Positions 45,027 through 56,503 of a stretch of 64,000 bases of DNA are shown in pieces. Each line of letters begins with the position of its first letter. Positions within the stretch are counted from its first letter, which is position 1. Position numbers and translations under genes: made by a program. The notes beneath the pieces are model-generated. The model worked only from the letters and a program-made list of their open reading frames with translations. It ran no database searches and was not told where the DNA came from. The DNA comes from Chrysomallon squamiferum (taxonomy: Eukaryota > Animalia > Mollusca), in the NCBI GenBank assembly GCA_012295275.1, contig CM022665.1:41974001-42038000 (forward strand), written 5' to 3'.

Positions 45027-45559
45027 TTGATAAATAAATAAATAAAAAGGGATAATGTGAGTTCCAGTCATTATCATTTCCACTATTATCATCATTATCA
45101 TCATCATCATCGTCATCTTCTGCATTTTTAAAAGTTATTATTATTATTATTATTCTAATTATTGTAATTATTGTTATTATTATTATTACTATTATTGTTG
45201 TTGTTGTTATTATTATTATTCATTTGTTGTTGTTGTTTTTCTAAGACAACGATATTCTAATTGTATTATAATTTATTTATATTTATAATTTTATTAGTTT
45301 ACCATTAATAACTCATTATTCCAACAGTATAATAAAAACAAAAACAAAAACAAAAAAAAAGAAGAAAGAAAGAAAGAAAGAAAGAAGAAAAAGAATGCAC
45401 TTATTTTAATGAGGTACAAAAGCCAGGTCGCTTACTATGACGCCATCTTGGAAATCTTTCGGCTGCGGAAACACATTAATTTAAATAAAGAAACTACATC
45501 ACATTTGTGAAAAAAAAAAAAAAAAAAAAAGAAAAAAAAAGGAAAAAAAATGAGAAGTA

Positions 45560-45894
45560 AAAAGAAATTAATGATTCTTTTATTTTGTTTTAGATCATAT
45601 TTTCATGTTTATTAAAATGAAATTAATACTTTTTTTATTCTTTATTTTTATTTATTTATTTATTTTTAAAACCGTGTAGTTCATTTCTCAAGCGACGCCA
45701 CAGTTTATCTTTGCGTAGTCAATAACTAATTTCTTTAATTCTTCCATTTTGTTACTATTTTTTTAATGTTGTTGTTGTGTTTGCAATCTGTTACAAAAAA
45801 TAACTTTTCTTTAAATGTGTTCACATCTCTGTAATACTGTGTGTTAAATTCTGACGCGGTGAGGAACACAAAAACATTCTTCGATTTTTAATCA
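45560..45894 (+). repeat. Dispersed ~335-bp direct repeat, copy 1 (in intron 1)
   Basis: Colinear with 58295-58646. Shared blocks include aaagaaattaatgattcttttattttgttttagatca, tagttcatttctcaagcgacgcca, ttgcgtagtcaataactaatttctttaattcttccattttgtta and aggaacacaaaaacattcttcgatttt. Confidence 0.93.
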
Positions 45895-46150
45895 AAATGA
45901 CTATTTTTGTGTGACTACGTATTTAGCTACTTAAATAGACTTACTTAATATGTTCGTCGGAAAAATTAATAAATGGCTTATATTATGTTCAAAGGAGAAA
46001 AGAAATATAATATTCTTGTATTGGTTAAAATGTCAAAGTATATAACATATGTCTTTTTCGCTTTTTATTCATTTTCTTCTAATTTTTTTTTTAATTATTA
46101 TTTTTTATTCCTGTATTTTTATTATTATTATCACTATTATTATAATGTTG

Positions 46151-46194
<44 letters not shown>

Positions 46195-46723
46195 TTACTT
46201 TTATTTTCTGCTACACTGATTACTTAGTTCAGCATTTAAAAATGCTGAAAAATAAACCTGATTACTGAGTACCAAGAAAAACAAAACAAAACTTGGTGTT
46301 GAAAATTTCGCCCTTTTCCTTTAACCCGAACAGATCCGAAAATATTATTTACATTAAGTCATGTGACCAAAAGATGACGTATTAAGCTGCCGAGTACCGA
46401 ATGCCCATTTTAGGTTATACATGCGCAATATCTTGATCCTAGTTCAATCGAATAATAATTTTTTTATTTACTATCGAGGTCCTTCTATCTCCTTTTTCTC
46501 CCCCTCCTCCTTCACCTTCTTCTTCTTCTTCTTCTTCTTCTTCTTCTTCTTCTTCTTTTTATTATTATTATTATTATTATTGTAAAATTTATTCAATTAG
46601 TAATATTATTTACTGGAATAATCCTATTAAGTAAACTGTTAAAATACGCCCAGCGTTTAACTTAACCATAACAACGATCTACACCACCAACAAAGGTTTA
46701 TTTCCTTGTCTCTTTTGTACAGC

Positions 46724-46757
<34 letters not shown>

Positions 46758-46858
46758 TATAATTATAACAACAACTCCATCCAGCAGAAATCCAGGATTA
46801 ACATTCTAGACCCACGTGATTTCGGCCGCGGCTGGCGCTAATAACAGGGGCACTTAAC

Positions 46859-46903
<45 letters not shown>

Positions 46904-47062
46904 TAACGACAAGCGGAGTTTTACAAGGCAAGAATACTCTTGGCTCTGGCGGCATCATTCCATTACAGCTTGTCTTGTCGTTTCTTGCGAGTTCTGTATA
47001 ATCCCATTTGCAGATTGGGTAACAAACGTACGGCAGCCGCATAGACTTGTTGCCTCTGATGG

Positions 47063-47093
<31 letters not shown>

Positions 47094-47101
47094 CTTATCG
47101 C

Positions 47102-47115
47102 GTTGCTATGGCAAC
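47102..47115. promoter_or_regulatory. RFX X-box (GTTGCTATGGCAAC)
   Basis: A 14-bp near-perfect palindrome, one mismatch from the canonical GTTGCCATGGCAAC; ~4.8 kb into intron 1. Confidence 0.7.
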
Positions 47116-48238
47116 AAATCTAATAAAGAGCTGAATTGTCCGAAAGAAATGAGTACATGACGTGGCTGAGAATAACGCGTGATTGATAAACGCAAATGTT
47201 GCTCTTTCACTCGTGATGAATGTGGAAGGTATATTGCGGAAGATGTTACGATCGTTTTGAATACATTCATTTCTGATCCGAGATTTTTTTTTTACAGAAG
47301 AAAGTATTGGGAATTTAAAAAAAAAAAAAAAAAATATTTATTTATTTTTTATTTGTTACGTGTTGTTTGTAATTACGATGGTGGCAGTAATCGTATTAGA
47401 ATTTTGTTACTGTTATGATCCTGAATATTTATGAGAACATGATAGTAGTACAATAGTAGTAGTAGTAGTATTGGTTGTAGTCGTAGCAGTAGAAACAGCA
47501 GCTGTAGCAGAGTGGTAAAGCTGGTTGTTGTCGTGGTAATAGTAGTAATAGTGGTGGCAGTAATATCAATAGTTGTTGTAGGAATTGTTTTAATGTTAGT
47601 TCCAGTGGTTGTCGTATTTACATTACTACGTTTATTATTTATTATAAAAAAAATTGAATTGATGAGGTTGAACCTATTATTTGTTTTTTGTTTTTATTTT
47701 GTTTGTATTTATTTCTTGTTTAATTTTTTATTTTTTATTTTTTTTATCTTGTTTGTTCTTGATGATATACCTCTTTCTTCTTTTCTTTTCTTTTTCTAGA
47801 GTGTTTTATAGATATCTTTTGTTGTTTATTTCTTTATTTTTCGTGTTGTTTCTTTATATCGTTGTTGTTTCAATTTTCTTTCTTTTTTTTATTTATTTTG
47901 ATCGTTTGTTTTTGTAAAATATAAAAACAAAAAAATCACTGATCTCCATGTTTCAGCTGGGGAGATGCGATCTCAACATTTTCTTCACAAATAATCAGTT
48001 TGTAGTTGGCATAAAACACCTAACCCCCACCATTCCCGGTGAAGCCGCCACTCCACAGAGATAATTAATACCTGACGTTTGGTGGAAGCTAATTAACAAT
48101 GCTTTGCAAGGAAGACAACAAGACCACATATCACGTTACTCTGATTATTATTTTTTTTTTTCTAAGACCATCATGGCCGGAGGAGATGACATTTTTTACA
48201 TTAGAACATTGATTTCGTTTAGTGTTAGGATTTAAGAT

Positions 48239-48279
<41 letters not shown>

Positions 48280-48363
48280 ACTAAACAACAATTCACTACA
48301 AAAAAAATATGTATTAGTTTTGATTGTTCCCGATGCTATCCGTAACCGATAGTGTTTAGTCAG

Positions 48364-48422
<59 letters not shown>

Positions 48423-49911
48423 ACTAATTAGATTGGCAGAACATAATTGATTGTGTTTTCATTATCGGGGGGATGGACAATCACTGTGTTTATACGAGTG
48501 GGAGATTGTAACTAATTTTATTTGAATGACCAATTTTGTTTAAATCGCCGGGAGATGGTAAAGTGAGTTCTTTTATCAGTGGGAGATGAGTCTGATCATG
48601 AAACGAAGAACGTTTTATCATTTAAAAAAGAAAAACAATATCCACGGTCTTTAAGGAACGAGTCGTAGTTAATTGGTTTGGTTCACATGCTGTAGACTGC
48701 GGCCTGAGTGTGAATAAAGTTCAGTTCAGTCGCTGGGTAGACTCAGTGTTTATCCCATGATCCATCGATTCCAAGACTAGTGTTATAGCACGTACTTAAA
48801 ACATTGTTACCAGCTGCTGATTGTGTTTATACAAAACCCATATCTGTGTATATGTATACTCTTTGCCATTGTGTTTATACAAAAACATGTATGTATGTAT
48901 ATGTATATTCAGTGTCTTCCGCATAAACACTTAGTTCTAGAAAACGAACGCACTGTATTGTAAGATTGTTAAAGAATCAATATAATATTACAATGAAGAA
49001 AGAATTTTAAATTGACGTTATTCGTCTGATGGTTCAAGATTGTCAGCTGCCATTTGTAATCTGTCCAAAACCGTGACTGTGTAGTAAAGCGTCAATTTGT
49101 ACAGACACAAGTTTGACAAGTCACACACCTTCGCGATTAGATCTGGTTAGGAAGCAGTGCCCAGTAGCGATCCGACTATCTACCAAATCAAAAACCAAAT
49201 CCTTAGCCTTAGATCTACCAATACAAGTTCAAATTTGCCAGTGAGAGAAAGCTTCGGTTTATATCTATATATCTGCCTCTGTGCGCTGAAAACAGGTTCG
49301 TGTTCAAGTAATGTACACTGTCCGAAATTTGATTCTCCAGCCAACAGTATCAGCAAGAACCGTAATCATTAAAAATGAGAACGAAACCTGAAAATTAGAC
49401 TCCAGTCTAGATCAGATAACGAGCATGTTAATGTTAATTGGCATGCTACAAATCCACAACGAGGCGGTTATGGAGAACCTATAGATTCTATAGAAGCTAG
49501 ATACCAAACAGGAAAAAAAAAAAAAAAAAAGAAGAAAATCAATCCGCTGGGATTGGATGGACGTCAAATGTTGATAAGTGACAGATGAGGTATACAGGTA
49601 AAAAACAAACAAAAAACAACAAAACACAGGTGGCTCTATCACAGGTGATAATGTAACCATGAACTGTAGCTGCAGGAAAGGTAAACATAATTATCTAAAC
49701 GTGAACAACACACGTTAGTGTTAATATAAAAATTACAAAGCTGATACTTCCATTAAATATATATATATGTTTTTTTCAGGATACCGAGACACGTAATTGT
49801 TATTGCACATACGCAAACACACTTACTTTAAAATTGTAGTTTTGGAGAGTTTCTTTTATGATAACGAAATATTTTCTGTTAGTTAATATCAGTCTATCTA
49901 TCTATCCATCT

Positions 49912-49950
<39 letters not shown>

Positions 49951-50051
49951 CATATATATACATACACCCTATTATTATTATAGGTATACGTACATACATA
50001 GATATAGACAGACATACATATATACATACATACATACATACATACATACAT

Positions 50052-50105
<54 letters not shown>

Positions 50106-50615
50106 ACATACATATTCACCATATGCTCATTCACAAACAATTCACAAACAATATAGATATTAATACAAAAAAAACAGATTAAAAAATAAAAAATAAAAAA
50201 TTTAAATGGTCGTTTTAAGCACAAAAACTAAGATACTCTAGTCTTCTTGATAAAATTTTACACCCAGTACAATTCTTGTTTTGTAAAATACAAATCACAG
50301 ACTTCGTCCTACGAGCTGTAGTCACAGTAAAAAAGCGTGGACATCGCTGACTTCAATAAATAAAGTCACAAAGACGCGAATCCATATTTTATCTGTTTTA
50401 GGTCTCGTTACATGCTGTTGGTGTGGGCGGACAACGCTGAAAGGTCGGGGTGGTGGTGGTGGTGGTCACTGAACGCTGTGTGACAACAGCGTATCCCTAA
50501 CGTGTCACGGAAACTGACGTAGACGATTTCCAAAACAAACAAAAAATATTTTCAAAGTCAAACATCTTCTTTAACAGAATCGATGTTAATTATTCGTGAA
50601 ATTCACATTACCCGG

Positions 50616-50629
50616 GTTACCATGGCAAC
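50616..50629. promoter_or_regulatory. RFX X-box (GTTACCATGGCAAC)
   Basis: A 14-bp X-box consensus match, extended by flanking G/C to GGTTACCATGGCAACC; ~1.3 kb into intron 1. Confidence 0.7.
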
Positions 50630-51563
50630 CAGATGCTGTAGATTTTTGTTCTTCTTTTCTTTTTCTTTTTTTTAATGGAAGTGTTTTTGACTTTAGGTTT
50701 CAGAGACTAACAAAATGCTTTGACGGAGAGTTCATTTTCATTATAACCGTTATCTATAAATTCATTTTTTTTTTTTTTAAATTTACTTTAATTTATTTAC
50801 CTTACTTAGGTTGTAAGAGAGGCAGAATATTAACTGTTATAATACTGAATCCATTTATTAAATTTTGAAACTGATGAATATGTTAGAATGAGTGAATAAA
50901 TGTTTAACGAAACCCCAAAAGGAAAAACATATCGGCTACTGGACGTCAAACCAAGGTAAACACATAACGAAATGCTGATGAACATGTTACGTTTAAAGAA
51001 TCAGAGTATTATAAGGACACTTTCGTAACAGGATAATTCTGTATATAAAAATCCCGTGCTATCAGGGAAAAAAAATTATTATAATAAGCTATCGATTTCC
51101 AAGGTAATTCTCGACAACAGAATTGATTTTTAAATATCAGAATTAATCCTGCAATATAAACTAATTGATTCCACCATAATTATTTATTTAAAAATTAATT
51201 TAAAAATCATCCAAAAACAATAATAATAGGGCCTCTGAAAAAGTATCTACAAACATGATCTAATAAATAATAAATGAACGTATCATTTCGTAACTGATAT
51301 CGTAGTAAATTTTCCTGAACAAAAGCCAAAAAATATTTTCATAAAGATTTTTGTCTCTGTCGATAACTGTGTATAAATTAGTTTTATACATGCATAAGTT
51401 CAGTAATGGATAATGCTTGCTACCTCGCTAAGTCATTTGCAAACCGATTTTAAGAGGGGAAATGATCGTTAAAGACATTAATTAGATGTGAAATACTGAG
51501 TGGTCTATTGATTCAGTCGAGAAACTAAAGACAGTCTGATTTACTGACTAAAGTTCATGTCAA

Positions 51564-51601
<38 letters not shown>

Positions 51602-51890
51602 TCGATGTCAACGTGAAAGAAAATTATAGCCCATAAACATTTGATTCTCTTCATAAAATTTTTTAATTTCTTGTATTAGTTTCTGGAATTATGTGACTGA
51701 TGACTCAAAACGTCAGTGATTTATAAATTCGGTGCAAAAAAGGGATCGTATCTTGGAGTTTTTGTAACTCCGTACGGGTCAAGGACGGATACTTTAGAAC
51801 TATTTTAATGCAGATTTTAATATAGCTGCTAAGGGAATGAAATTATATATATATATATATTTAAAAAAATAAAAATAAAATTAAAAAAAC

Positions 51891-51896
51891 ACTTAC
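51891..51896 (-). other. Canonical 5' splice donor (GTAAGT) ending THIK exon 1
   Basis: Plus-strand acttac at 51891-51896 reads GTAAGT on minus, directly after ...ACC ATA G. Protein similarity stops exactly here and the downstream sequence is low-complexity AT. Confidence 0.93.
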
Positions 51897-52236
51897 CTAT
51901 GGTTGAGACGACCGTACCGACAAAGTAAAAAGATCCCGAAAAGTCCCATCTCGGTCGTCTGTTTCCTACAATTCCAGCAGTTTCCGCCACGCCGTGCACG
52001 TGCAGGAGTCGTTGTAAATCCGACGTGTTCACGCTCGGGTACGTGGCCAGGAACGAGTCGACGGCCTCTTGGTATTTTTTCCTGTCCGTGACCTCCTGCT
52101 CCGCTTCGAGCAGCATGAACATGCCGGCCCCGGCCAGCATGTACAGAACCATCACGAAGAACAAGAGAATGAACCGGGCGTTGTCCTCTCTCAGGTGCAG
52201 AGCCGAACAACACCCCTTTCGTTTCGAACGTGGCAT
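51897..52236 (-). CDS. KCNK13: First coding exon of a THIK-subfamily two-pore-domain (K2P) potassium channel, KCNK13/KCNK12-like (N-terminus, M1, cap, pore helix 1 up to TIG); partial CDS
   Basis: Translation MPRSKRKGCCSALHLREDNARFILLFFVMVLYMLAGAGMFMLLE...RRPRWDFSGSFYFVGTVVSTIG. It carries the THIK-diagnostic HLxEDNARF motif before M1 and the RPRWDFxGxFYFVGTVVSTIG pore helix/filter. The segment is GC-rich against an AT-rich background. ATG at 52236-52234 has G at -3 and is the first in-frame ATG after an in-frame TAA at 52398-52396; the ORF track's 52326 start is a GTG. The exon ends at ATAG|GTAAGT, giving 340 nt (113 codons + 1, phase 1). The symbol is approximate: an invertebrate gene would be co-orthologous to KCNK12 and KCNK13. 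Confidence 0.95.
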
Positions 52237-53091
52237 CCCGTGCAGCGTCTTGCCCCCCTCCCTCACGTTCCCACTGATAACGCTGATCTTTTGGCGAGTA
52301 ATATTTGGTTTTTGTGTGGCTTCCACCTCAATTATTACGATGTTATAAAGTCGTTTTTTTTTTTTTTGTTTTTTTTTTTTGTTTTTTGTTGTTTGTTAAA
52401 TCTTTTTTTTTTTTTTTTCTCTCTCTCTCTTCTTCTTCTTTTTTATACACTTATCGGCTGATATTCAAAAGTTTTAACTTCGATTTGTGGACAATCATTG
52501 CCCTGAATTAACAGATCTAAAACGAGCTGCTATAATCCATCACAAATCACGGACTCGGCCGAAATGAGACGAAAAAAAGCGACGTCATGTTTTATTCCCG
52601 ATCAAACTGGGGGAAAACGAGGCACTCTTTTTAAGCGTGGACTTTCAAATTTTCAAATCCCTGTGAGAATTGTGTACGTTAATGATATCTTTTTTTTTTC
52701 TTTTCTTTTTAGTCATTCCATCAAGCGATAATTACGACAGCTGTGTAGCACACTCGAACAGCTACAACATCGTGCATCAGTCTTCTAACCAGAATTTTTT
52801 CTCACTTTGTTGTAAGAAAATACACCTGACGGCGACTACAATAAGAATAACAATGAACGAAACGAAAACCGAATTAATAAATTTTCTTTTTCGTTCTGAT
52901 TTCCGGATTCATAATCTGTTTAAAACATCGAGTGGAATTCTATGACGAAAAAAAGAACACGGAGAGATGAACGTGTGTATAATCAACTTTTCATTGTTTT
53001 TACTTGGTCGTTTCGACGACGTCGATGCTGGTGTTCTTGCCTGGAAACTTCAACGTCATTACACCCCGAGGGTGGAATGACAGCGTGATGG

Positions 53092-53106
53092 GTTGCCACC
53101 GGCAAC
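53092..53106. promoter_or_regulatory. RFX X-box, 3-nt spacer variant (GTTGCC-ACC-GGCAAC)
   Basis: Perfect GTTGCC/GGCAAC half-sites with a 3-bp spacer; RFX dimers tolerate short variable spacers. It lies ~860 bp upstream of the ATG. Confidence 0.6.
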
Positions 53107-54410
53107 GTGGTAAACATGTTGATTTTGTATTATATACCCCCTGATTTCATCGCAGTCACTGTTGATGGAAACATCTGGTAACATAATTTATTTTTGAACA
53201 TAAAACAGCTGGCGAATAGAACAGATCTCGAAAAGAAAATATATTATATCTATATGTATATAGATATATATATATATATATATAAAAGTATTGTCGTTTT
53301 TCGATTAAACTATTTTTTTAAAAAAGCCAAGAGGAGGTAAATATTAACCTTTCCACACGTAACTTTGTCACACAGAACAGTAAAAATAACAGCTCGACAA
53401 AAGTGAGCACCTTGAAGAATCTATTCCATTATTTTTTTTTGTTCTACTTCTAAGAACTCAATACGCCATCCGCATACGAATGAATATAAAATAAAACAAA
53501 ATCCTTTTTGGTGTTCCGAATTCAGAAGTTAAAAAGTGAAGACTTTTAAATTCCGATTCCAGTTCAAGTGAATCTCGACCATTCAGAATGTTACTTCTTG
53601 TCCGTTTCCAAAAAAACCCACTGAGTAACTTTCAGCTACGATACTTTTTTTTTTGTTTCCCCTCTCGACTCCATATTCTCTCCCAGCAGCCGGCGATAAC
53701 GCTGTGACAACAGTTGGCTTTCCGCCTATATTCTGTCGCTGTTGCTTATAGTGAAAAATCAATGAACGCCGTCGTGATCATTTCGGTTTGGATTTCGTCG
53801 TATCTAAAAGAACGCGAGTGATCGGCCTTGTTTTATTAGCGACACAAGGGACAGGGCTGTTTTTTAGTGCCGATGTCGTAGATTATCGTTCTTTGACATT
53901 TTTATTTTTTTTTTTTTTTTTATTTGGGGGGTGGGAGAAACGGCGACATTAATTTTACTTTATTTGGATTAAATATGTTAGAAATGTATGAAAATAAATA
54001 AGATAAAAGGAAAATAAAAAAAAAAAAAAAAAATAATAATGATGATGATGGAGAAAAATAAACCTTGACTGTTTTTCTGGAATTAATTATTTTCTTTGAA
54101 TCAAAACCTAATAAGTACTGGCATATAAAAAAATAAATAAAGGGTTTGCTTTCAAACTCTCTCTCTATATATATAGCTGTATTTACAAGGTTAAAAACCT
54201 TGATTAGTCAGTCTCCCTCCTTCCTTTTCTCCCCATCAGTCTCTTGTTCTGTATCTCTATCTTTTACTGTATATCTATATATATATTTAGTTATTTACCT
54301 ATCTATCTAATTTTCGCTATCTATTTATTTATCTATCTACCTATCTACCCATATCTTTATCTTTCTGTCTGTCTGTCTATCTGTCTATATATATATATAT
54401 ATTTATATAT

Positions 54411-54652
54411 CACCTGTTTTATTAAGTGAAAGACAAATATTTTGGGCTATGTATATATGTGTGTGTATATGTCTGTATATATGTCTGAATATGTGTGTGT
54501 GTGTGTGTGTGTGTGTTTGTTTATATATATATATATAATCAGACACACATACACATATTAAGACACATATATATATATACACGCATATATATATATATAT
54601 ATATATATACATAGCCCAAAATACGTGTGTCTTTCACTTAATAAAACAGCTG
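54411..54652. repeat. ~240-bp foldback / inverted repeat (MITE-like)
   Basis: The left arm CACCTGTTTTATTAAGTGAAAGACAAATATTTTGGGCTATGTATATAT is a near-exact reverse complement of the right arm ATATATACATAGCCCAAAATACGTGTGTCTTTCACTTAATAAAACAGCTG. The interior TG/TA then CA/TA tracts are also roughly self-complementary. Confidence 0.88.
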
Positions 54653-54997
54653 GTCGATCAATGGCCAGCACAAACCGACTGTGTAATTACATAAGGAATT
54701 TACTGGAATTTACGTACAGAAGGGCTGAGTCGTCTTAATTCGTCATTACGTGTTATTAGACGAGCACGTTCTCTTCATTAACACTTGCACACACAAGTCA
54801 CAATCACCTGGCAGCCAGACAAAAACATCCTCTGAACAGCGGCTGATTTCCACGCGGGAATTCGTTAGGTCTCGGAATTAACATCTGCTTACAAACAACG
54901 CACAATAATACATAACAACAATTTCGTCTTTTGTTTTCGTTTTCAATGGGTTGGGTTACCTTTCTCGCGAGCGAGGTGAATCAATGCTTGACCTATA

Positions 54998-55043
<46 letters not shown>

Positions 55044-55590
55044 ATAGAGATAGATAATTTTGTCAGCGTTCTAAACACAACAACAGTATGGTTGAATAAT
55101 GATTTGTTCGGGAAATCTTTTTTTTTTTTTTTTTATTATAATTTTTTTATTTTTTTATTTTTTTTTTCAGCGGATGATTATTTTATGAAATCTCCGAAAC
55201 TGCTGTGTTGAATATTTTAATATTTGATGCGGGTTTACACACTTGACTGATTTAGATACATTGAGAGATAATTAACGATTATTTGAATTCGCTGAAACGG
55301 AAGGAAAATATAATTAATTATGCGTGCTAGAGTCTGATAGTTTTATCTCTTTTTTTTTTTTTTTTTTTTTTTTTTTCTTTAGTTAAGTTTTGTTTTTATA
55401 TCTTTATTTTATTTAAATAAAGTTTAATTATTTGTTTAATTTATCTACAATGTCTAATTATATTTGTATATTTAGTTATGATTATCTACACATGCGCGCA
55501 TGAACATATATTTTTATATTGAAAGAAAGAGAAAGAGAGAGAGAACTAATTAAAACTAACAAGAACAATGTGTGTATGTGGTGCATTTAC

Positions 55591-55644
<54 letters not shown>

Positions 55645-55742
55645 CGAGTTAAAAAAAAAAAACAGTAAGTCGAAACAATAATAAATGAATTGTCAGACAC
55701 TCTTTACTCACAAGCAAATTTAAATGAACACTGACAATGATT

Positions 55743-55930
55743 AAACTAACACATACAAATAACTCGCAAACACGTTAAAAACTAACACACACAAATAACT
55801 CGCAAAAAAAAACACGTTTTAAAAAAACTAACACACAAATAACTCGCAAACACGTTAAAAACTAATACACACAAATAACTCGCAAAAAAAACTAACACAC
55901 AAATAACTCGCAAAAAAACACGTTTTAAAC
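55743..55930 (+). repeat. Minisatellite, core ACTAACACACAAATAACTCGCAAA(+CACGTT), 5 copies
   Basis: Directly visible tandem array; spacing varies with the length of the A-runs. Confidence 0.9.
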
Positions 55931-55956
55931 ACACAAAACTAACAAATAACAAATAC

Positions 55957-55989
<33 letters not shown>

Positions 55990-56468
55990 AACACGCTTAT
56001 TCGATGCGGGAAAAACAACAACCAGCGACGTAAAACAAAATAAGCACATAATCAGCAAAACGGACATAAATTATCATTTACAGAATTTCGGTGACATTTG
56101 GGTTACAGTTTCGATCCGGGCGAAGCGTAATGTTAATCGATGGAACTATTCTTTATCCACCGAACGAAGCAAGAGGCTTTGTGAACCGATCCGCCAGCTG
56201 TTTCCACGCTGAGTTTTCGAGCGCACATTTTTCGTCAGGTTGAGGAGACGGCGAGTTTCTGTTGTTTCGTTCAGCTTAATTTTCTTTTGTAATTTCATGC
56301 ACAACATTCAGTCGTAAAGCATCAAGCCGTTTAATAAATAATTTGATTACGTTTTGTCGTTGAATCTACAGCTGCTGCTGCTGCTGCTGCTGTTGTTGTT
56401 GTAGCTAGTTAGTTTCCATTGTTGTGGGATCGTTTTTATTCCTTTTGGGTTGTAAATGTATTCACAGT

Positions 56469-56503
<35 letters not shown>

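Noticed and set aside
51829-51896. C-terminal tail of the 165-aa ORF (KCFFNFIFIFLNIYIYIISFP)
   Set aside because: Read-through past the GTAAGT donor into AT-rich intron; the channel is not truncated here.
52237-52326. ORF-track N-terminus MEATQK... of the channel
   Set aside because: It starts at GTG rather than ATG and shows no THIK similarity; ATG 52236 fits the family N-terminal length better.
51893-52461. Overlapping alternative-frame and antisense ORFs (51893-52213, 51903-52091, 52025-52348, 52069-52461)
   Set aside because: Shadow ORFs arising because the GC-rich exon has few stops in other frames.
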